64,000 bases of DNA from an uncultured Clostridium sp. (GTDB lineage Bacteria; Bacillota; Clostridia; UBA1212; UBA1255): NCBI GenBank assembly GCA_900543695.1, contig UQSG01000001.1, positions 10,136 to 74,135 of the forward strand. The letters are read 5' to 3'. Of this stretch, positions 45,594 to 55,097 are shown one piece after another. The translations under genes and the position numbers were made by a program. Positions within the stretch are counted from its first letter, which is position 1. Each line of letters opens with the position of its first letter. The notes below the pieces were generated by a model. It worked only from the letters and a program-made list of their open reading frames with translations. It was not told the DNA's origin and did no database searches.

Positions 45594-46517
45594 CTACGGG
45601 TTTTTAAGGATTTTGCTGAAATATCCGCCGAGCTCCTCTTCCGGACAGTTCAGCTCAATACAGCGATCTTTCCCCATTCCTGTGCAGAAAACCGTTTCAT
45701 TTGTCACGGGCCGGCAAGTCATACGTCCGGGTTCAGAAAGCTTATAATAGCGGCCTTCCCCTTCAAAGGCAAAATGCACGGCCGTCAGATCATAGGATGC
45801 GTTCATGCAGGTTTTCTCCGTGCGCATCGCGGCAAGGTACTGCCGATAGGAAAGATCAATCGGATGATCCTCAGAGGCCGACGTTTCTTCCGAATCAAAG
45901 CCGGACAGCACACACGCTCCCGTTTCAACCGGACTGTAGAAAATGGGGACACGGATTTTTTCAGAGAATTTCCGAAAGGCATCGGCATCGCATTCAACAT
46001 TGAATTCCTTTTGGGCCTTCCGTTCGCAGCCTGCCATTGTTATGAACGCGTACACTTTTTGTTCCAAAAGCTCCTGCGCCGCGTCCATCAGCTCCGCAAC
46101 GTTGTTCAGCATCCCAATCGTAATAAAGACGACACTTTTGTCCTCCGCGGCTTTCAGTACTTTCTGATAAAGCTTTGCCGCGGATTCCGGCTCGTGCGTC
46201 CCAACCGGACGGTACCTCGTGCGAAAGCGCTCCGAAAGCAGCCGGTTGTAATGCTGCGTATCCGGTCCATCCCAAAATCCCTTTCGGTCGGTCATTCCGA
46301 TCGGGATGTCGTCAGCGCCGCAGTATCGCCCAATCACATCGATTGCTCCGCAGCCATACAAATTTGACGTACAATTACAGATTCCTGAAATCCTGATTCC
46401 GTATTTTTTTGAGAAATGATGAAGCAGGGCCAGCGCGCCTGCATCGTCACAGTCCGGTCCGATATCCGTATCCAGTAAAATTTCGCGTTTAACGCGTTTC
46501 AGCGGCTCGTATTCCAT
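45594..46517 (-). CDS. Inosine-uridine-preferring nucleoside hydrolase family protein
   Basis: N-terminal DTDIGPDCDDAGALAL aspartate cluster (DxDxxxDD). Start placed at MEYEPLK after RBS AAAGGAG. Confidence 0.7.
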   Translation of the reverse strand: MEYEPLKRVKREILLDTDIGPDCDDAGALALLHHFSKKYGIRISGICNCTSNLYGCGAIDVIGRYCGADDIPIGMTDRKGFWDGPDTQHYNRLLSERFRTRYRPVGTHEPESAAKLYQKVLKAAEDKSVVFITIGMLNNVAELMDAAQELLEQKVYAFITMAGCERKAQKEFNVECDADAFRKFSEKIRVPIFYSPVETGACVLSGFDSEETSASEDHPIDLSYRQYLAAMRTEKTCMNASYDLTAVHFAFEGEGRYYKLSEPGRMTCRPVTNETVFCTGMGKDRCIELNCPEEELGGYFSKILKNP

Positions 46518-47364
46518 TGACATTCTCCTTTCCTCCGTCTATTTTTCTCTTGATTTCTTTTCCTTCCGCAAACAGAGCCCGCAGCGCGCCTGTATCTTCG
46601 TTTTCCAGAGCTTCTTTATATTTTCCGAGAGCTTCAAGAAGCGTATTCAGTTCGAAAATAACGTTTTCTCTATTTTCCATGCAGAGCTCTGCCCACATAG
46701 CCTCGTTGAGCCACGCGACACGCGTAAGATCCTTGTAGCTTCCGGCAGAAAAGCCCTTATGATTCTGGGCGGTGGGACTCTTTACATATGCATTGGACAC
46801 GATGTGCGCAAGCTGGGAAGTAAACGCGATGAGCCGATCGTGTTTTTCTGCGCTTGTTATGGAGAAATGGCCGAACCCCGCAGGAGCCAGAAGCGTTTTG
46901 ATCCGGTCAAAAAGGCTCATATCGTCATATACCGGCGGCACGAGAATCATATAGGCGCCTTTAAAAAGCCCTGCTCTGCTGTATTTAAAGCCGGAATATT
47001 GCGTGCCGGCCATAGGGTGGCCGCCTACAAACGTAAAACCGTATTTCTCCGCAATGGCGAAGCAGGCCTCGCATACGCTGCGCTTCGTTCCGCAGCAGTC
47101 AATGACGACCGTTTTCTGTGAAAGATGCGGCGCGGCATTTTTCAAATATGCAATCGCTGCCTCCGGATATACGCAGAGCAGCAGTAAATCGCACGCCCGC
47201 AGATTCTGAGCATCAAGCTTCTGGTCTATGGCTCCGTCCAGCAGTGCGAACTCAAGAATCCTGCCGTCGGTATCACACCCGTATACTGCATGGCTTCCCG
47301 CGCTTTTATAAGCCTTTGCAAAGGATCCGCCAATCAGTCCCAGTCCCACAATGCCGATTTTCAT
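46489..47364 (-). CDS. tyrA: Prephenate dehydrogenase
   Basis: Rossmann motif MKIGIVGLGLIGGSFAKA. Conserved GGHPMAG. Downstream of and overlapping the DAHP synthase gene. Confidence 0.85.
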   Translation of the reverse strand: MKIGIVGLGLIGGSFAKAYKSAGSHAVYGCDTDGRILEFALLDGAIDQKLDAQNLRACDLLLLCVYPEAAIAYLKNAAPHLSQKTVVIDCCGTKRSVCEACFAIAEKYGFTFVGGHPMAGTQYSGFKYSRAGLFKGAYMILVPPVYDDMSLFDRIKTLLAPAGFGHFSITSAEKHDRLIAFTSQLAHIVSNAYVKSPTAQNHKGFSAGSYKDLTRVAWLNEAMWAELCMENRENVIFELNTLLEALGKYKEALENEDTGALRALFAEGKEIKRKIDGGKENVNGIRAAETR

Positions 47365-48365
47365 TCCGCAGTCACCTCGCGGATTTTTCTGATTTTGTCA
47401 GCAGTATCGGCGAACTGCTCAGGCGTCAGGGACTGCGCGCCGTCGCAAAGCGCGTGTACGGGATCATTATGCACCTCGATCATAACGCCGTCCGCGCCCG
47501 CTGCCGCTGCGGCCATTGCAAGCGGCTTTACCAGGCGGGCGATCCCCGATGCATGGCTGGGATCCACAACGACCGGAAGATGCGTCAGCTCCCGCAGCAT
47601 CGGCACCGCAGAGATATCAAGCGTGTTTCTCGTATAGGTCTCAAAGGTTCTGATCCCGCGCTCGCAGAGGATAACGTTTTCATTGCCGCCTGCCATAATG
47701 TATTCTGCGCTCATCAGGAGCTCCTTCAAATTGTTTGCAAGCCCGCGTTTCAGAAGAATCGGCTTGCGGGTATGTCCAAGCTCCTTTAACAAATCGAAAT
47801 TCTGCATATTCCGTGCTCCGACCTGTATAATATCCACCTGTTCAAAAAGAGGCAGATGATTTGCATTCATGATCTCAGTAATAATCGGCATGCCCGTAAT
47901 TTTTTTCGCTTCCAGAAGATATTCGATTCCGTCCGCCTTCAGCCCCTGGAAATCATAGGGAGACGTCCTCGGCTTGAAGGCGCCTCCTCTTAAAATCGAA
48001 GCGCCGGCCTCTTTCACTTTTCTCGCCACTTCGATAATCTGCTCCGGAGATTCAACGGAGCAGGGGCCGGCAATGATTGCGAAATTTCCCCCGCCGATCC
48101 GAACGTCGCCGATCTCTACGATCGTATCATCCGGATGGAATTTCCGATTGGCATTTTTAAACGGTTCGCTGATTCGCTTGACTGCCTCTACAATATCCAG
48201 GCTTTCCAGAAGCTCCGTGTCGATCTGCTTGGTGTCCCCGATCAGTCCGATGATCGTCTGATATTTTCCCTTTGAAACATGAACGTCCAGACCTCTTGAG
48301 CGGAACCATCTGCAAAGATTTTCAATCTGTTCTTCTGTTACGCCTGGTTTTAATACTGTTACCAT
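47361..48365 (-). CDS. aroF: 3-deoxy-7-phosphoheptulonate (DAHP) synthase, class I-beta with N-terminal regulatory domain
   Basis: Catalytic core AIIAGPCSVESPEQIIEVARKVKEAGASILRGGAFKPRTSPYDFQGL and ..VDPSHASG. ~70-aa N-terminal ferredoxin-like extension. RBS AAAGGAGGAA-N5-ATG. Confidence 0.85.
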   Translation of the reverse strand: MVTVLKPGVTEEQIENLCRWFRSRGLDVHVSKGKYQTIIGLIGDTKQIDTELLESLDIVEAVKRISEPFKNANRKFHPDDTIVEIGDVRIGGGNFAIIAGPCSVESPEQIIEVARKVKEAGASILRGGAFKPRTSPYDFQGLKADGIEYLLEAKKITGMPIITEIMNANHLPLFEQVDIIQVGARNMQNFDLLKELGHTRKPILLKRGLANNLKELLMSAEYIMAGGNENVILCERGIRTFETYTRNTLDISAVPMLRELTHLPVVVDPSHASGIARLVKPLAMAAAAAGADGVMIEVHNDPVHALCDGAQSLTPEQFADTADKIRKIREVTAE

Positions 48366-48382
48366 CAAAATTCCTCCTTTTG

Positions 48383-48420
48383 AAAAAAAATACCGTACAG
48401 GCGTTTCTGCCGTACGGTAT
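48383..48420 (-). terminator. Intrinsic terminator / attenuator hairpin in the 5-prime leader of the DAHP synthase-tyrA operon
   Basis: Minus-strand transcript reads GAUACCGUACGG-CAGAAACGCC-UGUACGGUAU followed by UUUUUUUU, then AAAAGGAGGAAUUUUG-AUG. There is no room for a promoter between the U-tract and the RBS. Confidence 0.6.
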
Positions 48421-48612
48421 CGTGTTCGTTCAGATTTGAAAGCGGCTTGAAAACCGGTGATTCTACGTAGCAGAAACTTCTCTTACTTTATCAGATAAAC
48501 AATAAAAGTAAAAGTAAAAAAAGTAATATGCCTTTGTAAAAAGCTTCCGTTTCAATGCGCAGCCTCCATGCTTTGGTTACAAACGGTATTGTAATACGGA
48601 ATAGATTCTCTG

Positions 48613-49830
48613 TCAACTCAAAAAGCGGTCGATCAGCTGAAATCCCTTTTCAATGTAAATCCCCGTCTCGGCCGCGTCTCGTTCATTGTATTCCGCCGAA
48701 GCGCTGCGGATTCCAGCGCGGTCTCCTTCATAGATCATGTAGGGCACCGGGGCATGCGTGTGTGTCCGGAGCGCCAGCGGTGTCGGATGATCCGGCAGTA
48801 CCAGAATCCGGTACGGCTCGCCGGTGTTTTCCAGATAGTCCCAGACCTTTTTGAGGATCCTTTGATCCAGATATTCGATCGCGCGTACCTTATTTTGAAT
48901 TTCCTGCCTGTGTCCGCATTCATCCGGCGCTTCCACATGAAGGTATACAAAATCCCCGCCGCTGCGGAAAAAGGCGATGGCGGCGTCCGCTTTTCCCTCG
49001 TAGTTGGTATCGATGTTTCCAGTTGCTCCAGGCACGTCCGGGACCTCCATGCCCGCACAAATTCCCAGGCCCTTCACAAGATCCACAGCGGAAATTACGG
49101 CGCCTTTTACGTGATGCCTCTCGTAAAAGCTGTCAAAAGACGGCTTTCTCCCTTGGCCCCAGAGCCATACGGAGGATGCAGGCCGCAGTCCATTCTGCAT
49201 CCGGCGGAGATTTACGGGATGATCCTTTAAAAGCACGCGGCTTTTCTTCATAAGGTCATAAAGCATCGCGGCGGTTTCTCCCTTTGGAAGAAAGGAAGCG
49301 ATTTTTTTGCCGGATATATCGTGCGGCGGAGTAAAATGCAGATCCACCGACTTTTGATGCTTCAAAACGACACAGTGGCGATAGCTGACGCCCGGATAGA
49401 AATGGACCTGATCGGTTCCGAGCTTTTGATCAAGAAAGCGAATCAGCTCTCCGGCCTCTGCCGTCGTAATTTCGTCCGAGCTGTAATCCACCATCGTCGT
49501 ATCCTCGTAGCGCGACTCATCGGACAGAGTAACAAGATTGCAGCGGATCGCAATATCGTCTTCTGCCAGATCGATTCCCATGCTGACCGCCTCGAGCGGC
49601 GATCTTCCGGTATAATACCGGTCCGGATCATAGCCGAGCACGGACATGTTCGCAATGTCGCTTCCGGGCGGATTCAGATGATCGGGCACTGTCTTTACGA
49701 GACCGAGCTCCGCGTATTTGGCCATATGATCCATGACCGGTTTGTTTGCCTTCTGGAGAGGCGTCTGATTTCCAAGCTCCTTTACCGGATCGTCTGCCAT
49801 TCCGTCTCCCAACAGTACAAAAAATTTCAT
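48613..49830 (-). CDS. apgM: Cofactor-independent phosphoglycerate mutase, archaeal-type (ApgM family)
   Basis: 405 aa. Alkaline-phosphatase-superfamily metal ligands (LLGDGMAD; ..HVEAPDECGH..; PDHPTP). Overall length and layout as ApgM. Confidence 0.7.
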   Translation of the reverse strand: MKFFVLLGDGMADDPVKELGNQTPLQKANKPVMDHMAKYAELGLVKTVPDHLNPPGSDIANMSVLGYDPDRYYTGRSPLEAVSMGIDLAEDDIAIRCNLVTLSDESRYEDTTMVDYSSDEITTAEAGELIRFLDQKLGTDQVHFYPGVSYRHCVVLKHQKSVDLHFTPPHDISGKKIASFLPKGETAAMLYDLMKKSRVLLKDHPVNLRRMQNGLRPASSVWLWGQGRKPSFDSFYERHHVKGAVISAVDLVKGLGICAGMEVPDVPGATGNIDTNYEGKADAAIAFFRSGGDFVYLHVEAPDECGHRQEIQNKVRAIEYLDQRILKKVWDYLENTGEPYRILVLPDHPTPLALRTHTHAPVPYMIYEGDRAGIRSASAEYNERDAAETGIYIEKGFQLIDRFLS

Positions 49831-49872
49831 CGTCTGCCGTCCTTTCTGTTTTCACATCGGCTCATTCTTATT

Positions 49873-51771
49873 TTATTCCGTTATCCTGTCCAGAAGTTTC
49901 GCAGAACGCTCAATAAAGCGTGTCATTGCATCCGCCTCCATCGGCTGATGGGCGAGCTTTGCCAGATCATAGATCTGACCGCAGATCAGCTCCGTGTCTT
50001 GGGAGGCATCGCCGCTTTCCTTTATCTGCCGCAGCTTCTGCACCGTTTTATTAGAGGCATTCAGGACGAGCGTAACGTCGTTTTCCATCGGAAATCCGAG
50101 AGAGCCGTACATTTTGGCCATCTCCTGCATTCTTCTGGCTTCTTCTGACAGAAGCAGGATCGCCGGCATCGGCGATTTAATGGCTTCAGCCCTGACGGTA
50201 AGCTTTTCATTTCCAGAAACTTTCACAAAGTCTTCTTTGCACAGCTCCGCCAGCTGCTCGAGCTCTTCTTTGGAATAGGCGCCGGACGGATCCTTCATAT
50301 TCTCCGTCACATCGGCGTCCACCCGTACGAACTTGACCTTTCCCGGATTTTTGTATTCCAGAAAGCTGATAAAGTGATTGTCCAGCGGTCCGTCCAGCAC
50401 GGCGATTTTTACGCCGCTGTCTTTATACATATTAACATATTGCGCCTGCTGAAGCGCATCGTCGATATAATGGATCGCATTCTGATCTCCCATTTCTTCC
50501 AGTGTGAGATATTCCCCGTCCGTTGTTTTGAAAACGATCGCCTCTTTCACCTTATCAAAAAACTTTTCGTCCTTCAGGCAGCCAAATTTCACAAAGGGAT
50601 TGATATCATCCCAATATTTGCAGTAGGTTTCCTTTTCCGTATTGAACATGCCGGTCAGCTTGTCCGCTACTTTTTTCGTGATATGCGCCGATATTTTATT
50701 CACGTACCCGTCGTTCTGCAAAAAGCTCCGCGATACGTTCAGCGGAAGATCCGGGCAATCGATCGCGCCCTTGAGAAGCATGAGAAACTCCGGCAGGATC
50801 TCTTTCACATTATCGGCTACAAACACCTGATTATAATAGACCTTTATTACTCCCTCGAGCGTGTCGTACTGACTCTTGAGCTTTGGGAAATACAGAATTC
50901 CTTTCAGGTTGAAAGGATAGTCAATATTCAGATGAATCCAGAAGAGCGGCTCGTTATAATCATGGAACAGCGTCCTGTAGAATTCCTTATATTCTTCGTC
51001 CGTGCAGTCCTTCACCGGTTTCACCCATAGCGGCGTCGTGTTGATCGGCTTCGGCGCTTCCGGCTCTTTGGGCGCTTCGTTTTCCGAAGCATCCTGCTTT
51101 TGCCCGGCTTTTTCCGCCTCCGCCGCTTTTTTCTGCTCTTCCTCTACATCGATAAAATACAGATTGATGGGAAGGAAGGAAAAGTATTTCCGCAGCGTTT
51201 CTCTGAGCTTGAAGGCGTCCAGATATTCTTTGCTGTCCTCCGCGATATGCAGCGTAATATAAGTACCGCGCTCTTCCGTTTCCGAAGGCGTTATGGCATA
51301 ATCCATGCCGCTTACGCTTTCCCAGTGAACGGCCTCCGCGCCCTCCTGATAGGACTTCGTATCGATTTCCACCTTATCGGACACCATAAACACCGAATAG
51401 AAGCCCAGACCAAAATGGCCGATAATCTGCGCGTCATCCGTTTTTCCCTGGTATTTTTCCAGGAAATCCTTCGCGCCGGAGAACGCAATCTGATTAATAT
51501 ATTTGACGACCTCTTCCTGCGTCATACCGATCCCGTTATCAAAAATCGTAATGGTTCCGGCTTCCTTGTCAAGAGAAACTTCAATTTTCCATTCTGTCTC
51601 TTCAACGCTCGCCTCACCTACTGAAATCAATTTTTTCAGCTTACTGATCGCGTCGCTTGCGTTCGATACGACCTCCCGCAAAAAGATATCCTTCTCTGAA
51701 TAGAGCCATTTTTTTATAATAGGAAATATATTCTCCGTACTGATTGATACGGAGCCCTGCATGTTTTCCAT
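49873..51771 (-). CDS. htpG: Molecular chaperone HtpG (Hsp90)
   Basis: N-terminal GHKL ATPase (..REVVSNASDA..GQFGVGFYS-like GHFGLGFYSVF). Middle and C-terminal dimerisation domains. RBS AGGAGG. Confidence 0.9.
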   Translation of the reverse strand: MENMQGSVSISTENIFPIIKKWLYSEKDIFLREVVSNASDAISKLKKLISVGEASVEETEWKIEVSLDKEAGTITIFDNGIGMTQEEVVKYINQIAFSGAKDFLEKYQGKTDDAQIIGHFGLGFYSVFMVSDKVEIDTKSYQEGAEAVHWESVSGMDYAITPSETEERGTYITLHIAEDSKEYLDAFKLRETLRKYFSFLPINLYFIDVEEEQKKAAEAEKAGQKQDASENEAPKEPEAPKPINTTPLWVKPVKDCTDEEYKEFYRTLFHDYNEPLFWIHLNIDYPFNLKGILYFPKLKSQYDTLEGVIKVYYNQVFVADNVKEILPEFLMLLKGAIDCPDLPLNVSRSFLQNDGYVNKISAHITKKVADKLTGMFNTEKETYCKYWDDINPFVKFGCLKDEKFFDKVKEAIVFKTTDGEYLTLEEMGDQNAIHYIDDALQQAQYVNMYKDSGVKIAVLDGPLDNHFISFLEYKNPGKVKFVRVDADVTENMKDPSGAYSKEELEQLAELCKEDFVKVSGNEKLTVRAEAIKSPMPAILLLSEEARRMQEMAKMYGSLGFPMENDVTLVLNASNKTVQKLRQIKESGDASQDTELICGQIYDLAKLAHQPMEADAMTRFIERSAKLLDRITE

Positions 51772-51819
51772 ACCAAAACCTCCTGTGAATAAATGTAATA
51801 TAAACTAAGAACAGCTGTA

Positions 51820-51847
51820 ATTTTAATCTGTTTTCCGCGATTGTCAA
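51820..51847 (-). promoter_or_regulatory. Sigma-A-type promoter for htpG
   Basis: On the minus strand TTGACA (51847-51842), 16-nt spacer, TAAAAT (51825-51820), ~45 nt upstream of the htpG start. Confidence 0.5.
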
Positions 51848-51877
51848 GCAGAAACGAAGGGTGCTGAGAAGCGTTTT

Positions 51878-53029
51878 TTACCCTCCCAGCATGGCGATCA
51901 GTATCCCGGAAGCGACAGCCGAGCCGATTACACCGGCCACATTGGGGCCCATCGCATGCATGAGCAGATAATTGTCCGGATCTTCCTCTCTTCCAACCTT
52001 CTGCGCAATTCTGGCAGCCATCGGAACTGCCGATACGCCAGCCGCTCCAATCAGCGGGTTGACCTTTCCCTTTGTTACAAAGCACATGATTTTACCGAAC
52101 AAGACGCCGAAGGCAGTTCCCATTGCAAATGCGAACATCCCAAGCGCCAGAATGAGGAGCGTTTTGGTGTTCAGAAAGTTCTCGGCGCTTGCCGTCGAAC
52201 CAACCGAAATTCCGAGCAGGATCGTTACGATATTCATCAATTCATTTTCCGCCGTTTTGGCCAGACGCTCGGTAACGCCGCATTCGCGGAGCAGGTTTCC
52301 GAGCATAAGCATTCCCACCAGCGTCGCAGCCGAAGGCAAAAGCAGAGAAACAACAAGCGTCACAAGAATGGGAAATATAATCTTTTCCCTTTTGCTGACC
52401 TCCCGCAGCTGTGTCATTCTGACAGCGCGCTCCTTTTTTGTCGTCAGAAGGCGCATGATCGGCGGCTGAATTACGGGAACAAGCGCCATGTACGAATATG
52501 CCGCAATCGCAATGGACGGCGTCAGATGCTGCGCCAGCGCCTGAGCCGTGAAAATCGCTGTCGGTCCATCCGCACCGCCGATGATCGCCACGGCGCCGGC
52601 TTCCGCCAGCGTAAAGCCTAAAAGCGACGCGCCGATGAACGTGACAAAAATCCCGATCTGCGCGGCAGCGCCCAGCAGCAGGCTGCTGGGATTGGCGATC
52701 AGCGGCCCGAAATCCGTCATGACACCGATTCCCAGAAAGATCAGAGGCGGATAGATTTTTAAAGCCACGCCCTGATATAAATAATATAGCAGGCCGCCCT
52801 CGTCCGCAGAAGACAGACCGGCAAGCGGAAGGTTTGCAAGCAGCATTCCGAACGCGATCGGCAGCAGCAAAAGCGGTTCAAATTTTTTTACGATGGCAAG
52901 ATAAATCAAGACCAGGGAGAGCAGCAGCATCACCAGCGTCTGCCAGCCGCCGTCCTTGAAATATGAAATAATATAATAAAAGCCGGATTCCCTTAACAGG
53001 TCACCCACTGTTTCGAAAAAAGCATTCAT
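51878..53029 (-). CDS. oadB: Na+-translocating decarboxylase beta subunit (OadB/GcdB/MmdB family)
   Basis: 383 aa polytopic membrane protein. Conserved segments ..[24 protein letters not shown] and ..[12 protein letters not shown] characteristic of the beta subunit. Confidence 0.8.
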   Translation of the reverse strand: MNAFFETVGDLLRESGFYYIISYFKDGGWQTLVMLLLSLVLIYLAIVKKFEPLLLLPIAFGMLLANLPLAGLSSADEGGLLYYLYQGVALKIYPPLIFLGIGVMTDFGPLIANPSSLLLGAAAQIGIFVTFIGASLLGFTLAEAGAVAIIGGADGPTAIFTAQALAQHLTPSIAIAAYSYMALVPVIQPPIMRLLTTKKERAVRMTQLREVSKREKIIFPILVTLVVSLLLPSAATLVGMLMLGNLLRECGVTERLAKTAENELMNIVTILLGISVGSTASAENFLNTKTLLILALGMFAFAMGTAFGVLFGKIMCFVTKGKVNPLIGAAGVSAVPMAARIAQKVGREEDPDNYLLMHAMGPNVAGVIGSAVASGILIAMLGG

Positions 53030-53044
53030 AGCCGAGCTCTCCCT

Positions 53045-53362
53045 TTACCGTATTCTGCGGGGAGTTTTGCGGAACGCTACGACACGGAAGCGTCCGGGAT
53101 CAGCGTTTTCCCCCATTTCACTCCGGTAGGCGGCCACCGCCGCAGTCAGTACGCAAATCAGAGACAGCGCATCCTCTTCGCTGGCCTGCCCCGTGGAAGC
53201 AGGCGCCTTTTCTGGAACCGTGCGGAGCGTTTGCGGCTGTTTTTCATTTCTTTCTTCCGATTTTCCGCCGGCAGCTTTCCGAAAAAGCGTCAGCAGCAGC
53301 GTCAGAATCACAAGGATCGCAAACACCAGTACAATACCTATGACGACGACTTTTACAACCAT
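53045..53362 (-). CDS. oadG: Na+-decarboxylase gamma subunit (OadG-like)
   Basis: 105 aa. Single N-terminal TM helix then charged/Ala-rich tail. Positioned directly upstream of oadB as in oadGAB/gcd operons. Confidence 0.6.
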   Translation of the reverse strand: MVVKVVVIGIVLVFAILVILTLLLTLFRKAAGGKSEERNEKQPQTLRTVPEKAPASTGQASEEDALSLICVLTAAVAAYRSEMGENADPGRFRVVAFRKTPRRIR

Positions 53363-53482
53363 ACGTTCACCCTCTCTCTTAAGCGGATTCGCTTCCCGAG
53401 CGCCCGCGGCGTGTTAAGATATACTTTTTAAGATTAGCACGTTTTTCAGAAAAGGTCAATCTGTCCCGGCGAATTTCACGAT

Positions 53483-53510
53483 TGCTTTGCAGGTCTGGAA
53501 ATGATATAAT
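53483..53510 (+). promoter_or_regulatory. Sigma-A-type promoter for the DUF1846 gene
   Basis: TTGCTT-N16-TATAAT with a ~75-nt AT-rich leader before RBS AAGGAG. Confidence 0.45.
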
Positions 53511-53588
53511 GAGACACGTTGTTTTTTTTATAAAAATAACATACCCCGCTATGTTGCGCTTTATTATACATAATAAGGAGTCCTTTTC

Positions 53589-55073
53589 ATGCAGCCTGCC
53601 TTTAACAACGAGCTTTACATCGAAAAACAAACAAAGCATATCAGAGAACGAATCGGTCTGTTCGGCGATAAGCTGTATCTGGAATTTGGGGGTAAAATTT
53701 TTGATGATTATCACGCCGCGCGCGTTCTGCCCGGCTTCGCTCCCGACAATAAAATCAAACTGCTTTTGGAATTTAAGGAAATCTGCGAAATCCTGTTCTG
53801 CATCAACGCCGCCGATATCGAAAAGAATAAAATTCGGGCGGATCTGGGCATCACCTACGATTTGGAAGTTCTACGCCTGATCGATTCCATAAGGGGACTG
53901 GGGCTGCTGGTAAACAATGTCGTAATTACGCAATACAGCGGGCAGCAGGCGGCCGACATGTTCCGCAGCAGGCTGGAAAAGCGCGGCATTCATACCTATC
54001 TGCACTATCCGATCCCGGGCTATCCCGGAAACGTGGATCTGGTTGTCAGCGATGAGGGATACGGCAAAAATGAATTTGTCGAAACGACGCGCCAGCTTGT
54101 CGTCGTAACCGCTCCCGGTCCGTGCAGCGGAAAAATGGCAACCTGTCTTTCTCAGCTTTATCATGAGCATCAAAGGGGCGTTCAGGCCGGCTACGCAAAA
54201 TTTGAAACGTTCCCGATCTGGAACCTGCCGCTCAAGCATCCTGTCAATCTCGCTTACGAGGCGGCGACCGCCGATCTCAAGGACGTCAATATGATCGATC
54301 CTTATCACCTGGAGGCGTACAATATCCGCACGGTAAATTACAACAGGGATATTGAGGTCTTCCCGGTTGTCAAAACGATCCTCAAGCGGATTCTCGGGAA
54401 AAATGTTTATCTTTCTCCGACAGATATGGGCGTCAATATGGCTGGCTATGCAATCGAAGACGACCAGCAGGTCCGCGCTGCCGCAAACGAGGAAATTATC
54501 CGCAGATACTTTAAAATCCGCTGCGATTTTATCCAGGGGCTGGTCGATGCGGAAACAGTGGAAAAAATCGAGCTGATTATGAACGAGGCCGACCTGAAGC
54601 CTTCAGACCGCAGGGTCGTGCAGCCCGCACTGGAAAAGGCGCGCTTAAAAAATGCGCCGGCGATGGCCATGCACCTTCGCACGGGAGAGATCGTGACCGG
54701 ACGCAATACAAATCTTATGACCGCCGCCGCAAGCTGTACGCTGAACGCTTTAAAAGTCCTGTCCGGTCTGGATGACGCCATGCTTTTGATTGCGCCTGTA
54801 GTGCTTGAACCAATTTTACGCCTGAAGAAAGATATTTACGGCTCGGACAAGCCGCTGCTCAGCCTGGAGGAGGTTCTGATTTCCCTCAGCATTTCCGCCG
54901 TTACAAACACGATGGCGGATATCGCATTAAAAAATTTAGACCGGCTTTCCGGCTGTGAAGCGCATTCCACCGTAATATTATCGCCGGGCGACGATATTGT
55001 TTGTAAAAAATTGGGGTATAATTTAACGTGCGAGCCTGCCTTTGCCAGCAACGATCTTTATGATGGAAAATAA
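53589..55073 (+). CDS. UPF0371/DUF1846-family protein (function unknown)
   Basis: 494 aa. N-terminus ..YIEKQTKHIRERIGLFGDKLYLEFGGKIFDDYHAARVLPGF matches my recollection of the conserved start of UPF0371 proteins of Firmicutes. Confidence 0.5.
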   Translation: MQPAFNNELYIEKQTKHIRERIGLFGDKLYLEFGGKIFDDYHAARVLPGFAPDNKIKLLLEFKEICEILFCINAADIEKNKIRADLGITYDLEVLRLIDSIRGLGLLVNNVVITQYSGQQAADMFRSRLEKRGIHTYLHYPIPGYPGNVDLVVSDEGYGKNEFVETTRQLVVVTAPGPCSGKMATCLSQLYHEHQRGVQAGYAKFETFPIWNLPLKHPVNLAYEAATADLKDVNMIDPYHLEAYNIRTVNYNRDIEVFPVVKTILKRILGKNVYLSPTDMGVNMAGYAIEDDQQVRAAANEEIIRRYFKIRCDFIQGLVDAETVEKIELIMNEADLKPSDRRVVQPALEKARLKNAPAMAMHLRTGEIVTGRNTNLMTAAASCTLNALKVLSGLDDAMLLIAPVVLEPILRLKKDIYGSDKPLLSLEEVLISLSISAVTNTMADIALKNLDRLSGCEAHSTVILSPGDDIVCKKLGYNLTCEPAFASNDLYDGK

Positions 55074-55097
55074 ATAAATAAGTTGGGAGCTGTTTTT

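Noticed and set aside
48369-48612. T-box riboswitch upstream of the DAHP synthase-tyrA operon
   Set aside because: Leader plus terminator geometry fits, but I could not find the conserved T-box sequence (AGGGTGGNACCGCG) or a plausible specifier-loop architecture in the ~100-nt leader. Reported instead as an unclassified attenuator.
53420-53460. CIRCE (HrcA) element near htpG/oadG from the TTAGCAC motif at ~53437
   Set aside because: Only the left half-site TTAGCAC is present. No GAGTGCTAA partner at the required 9-nt spacing, and it is not positioned at the htpG promoter.
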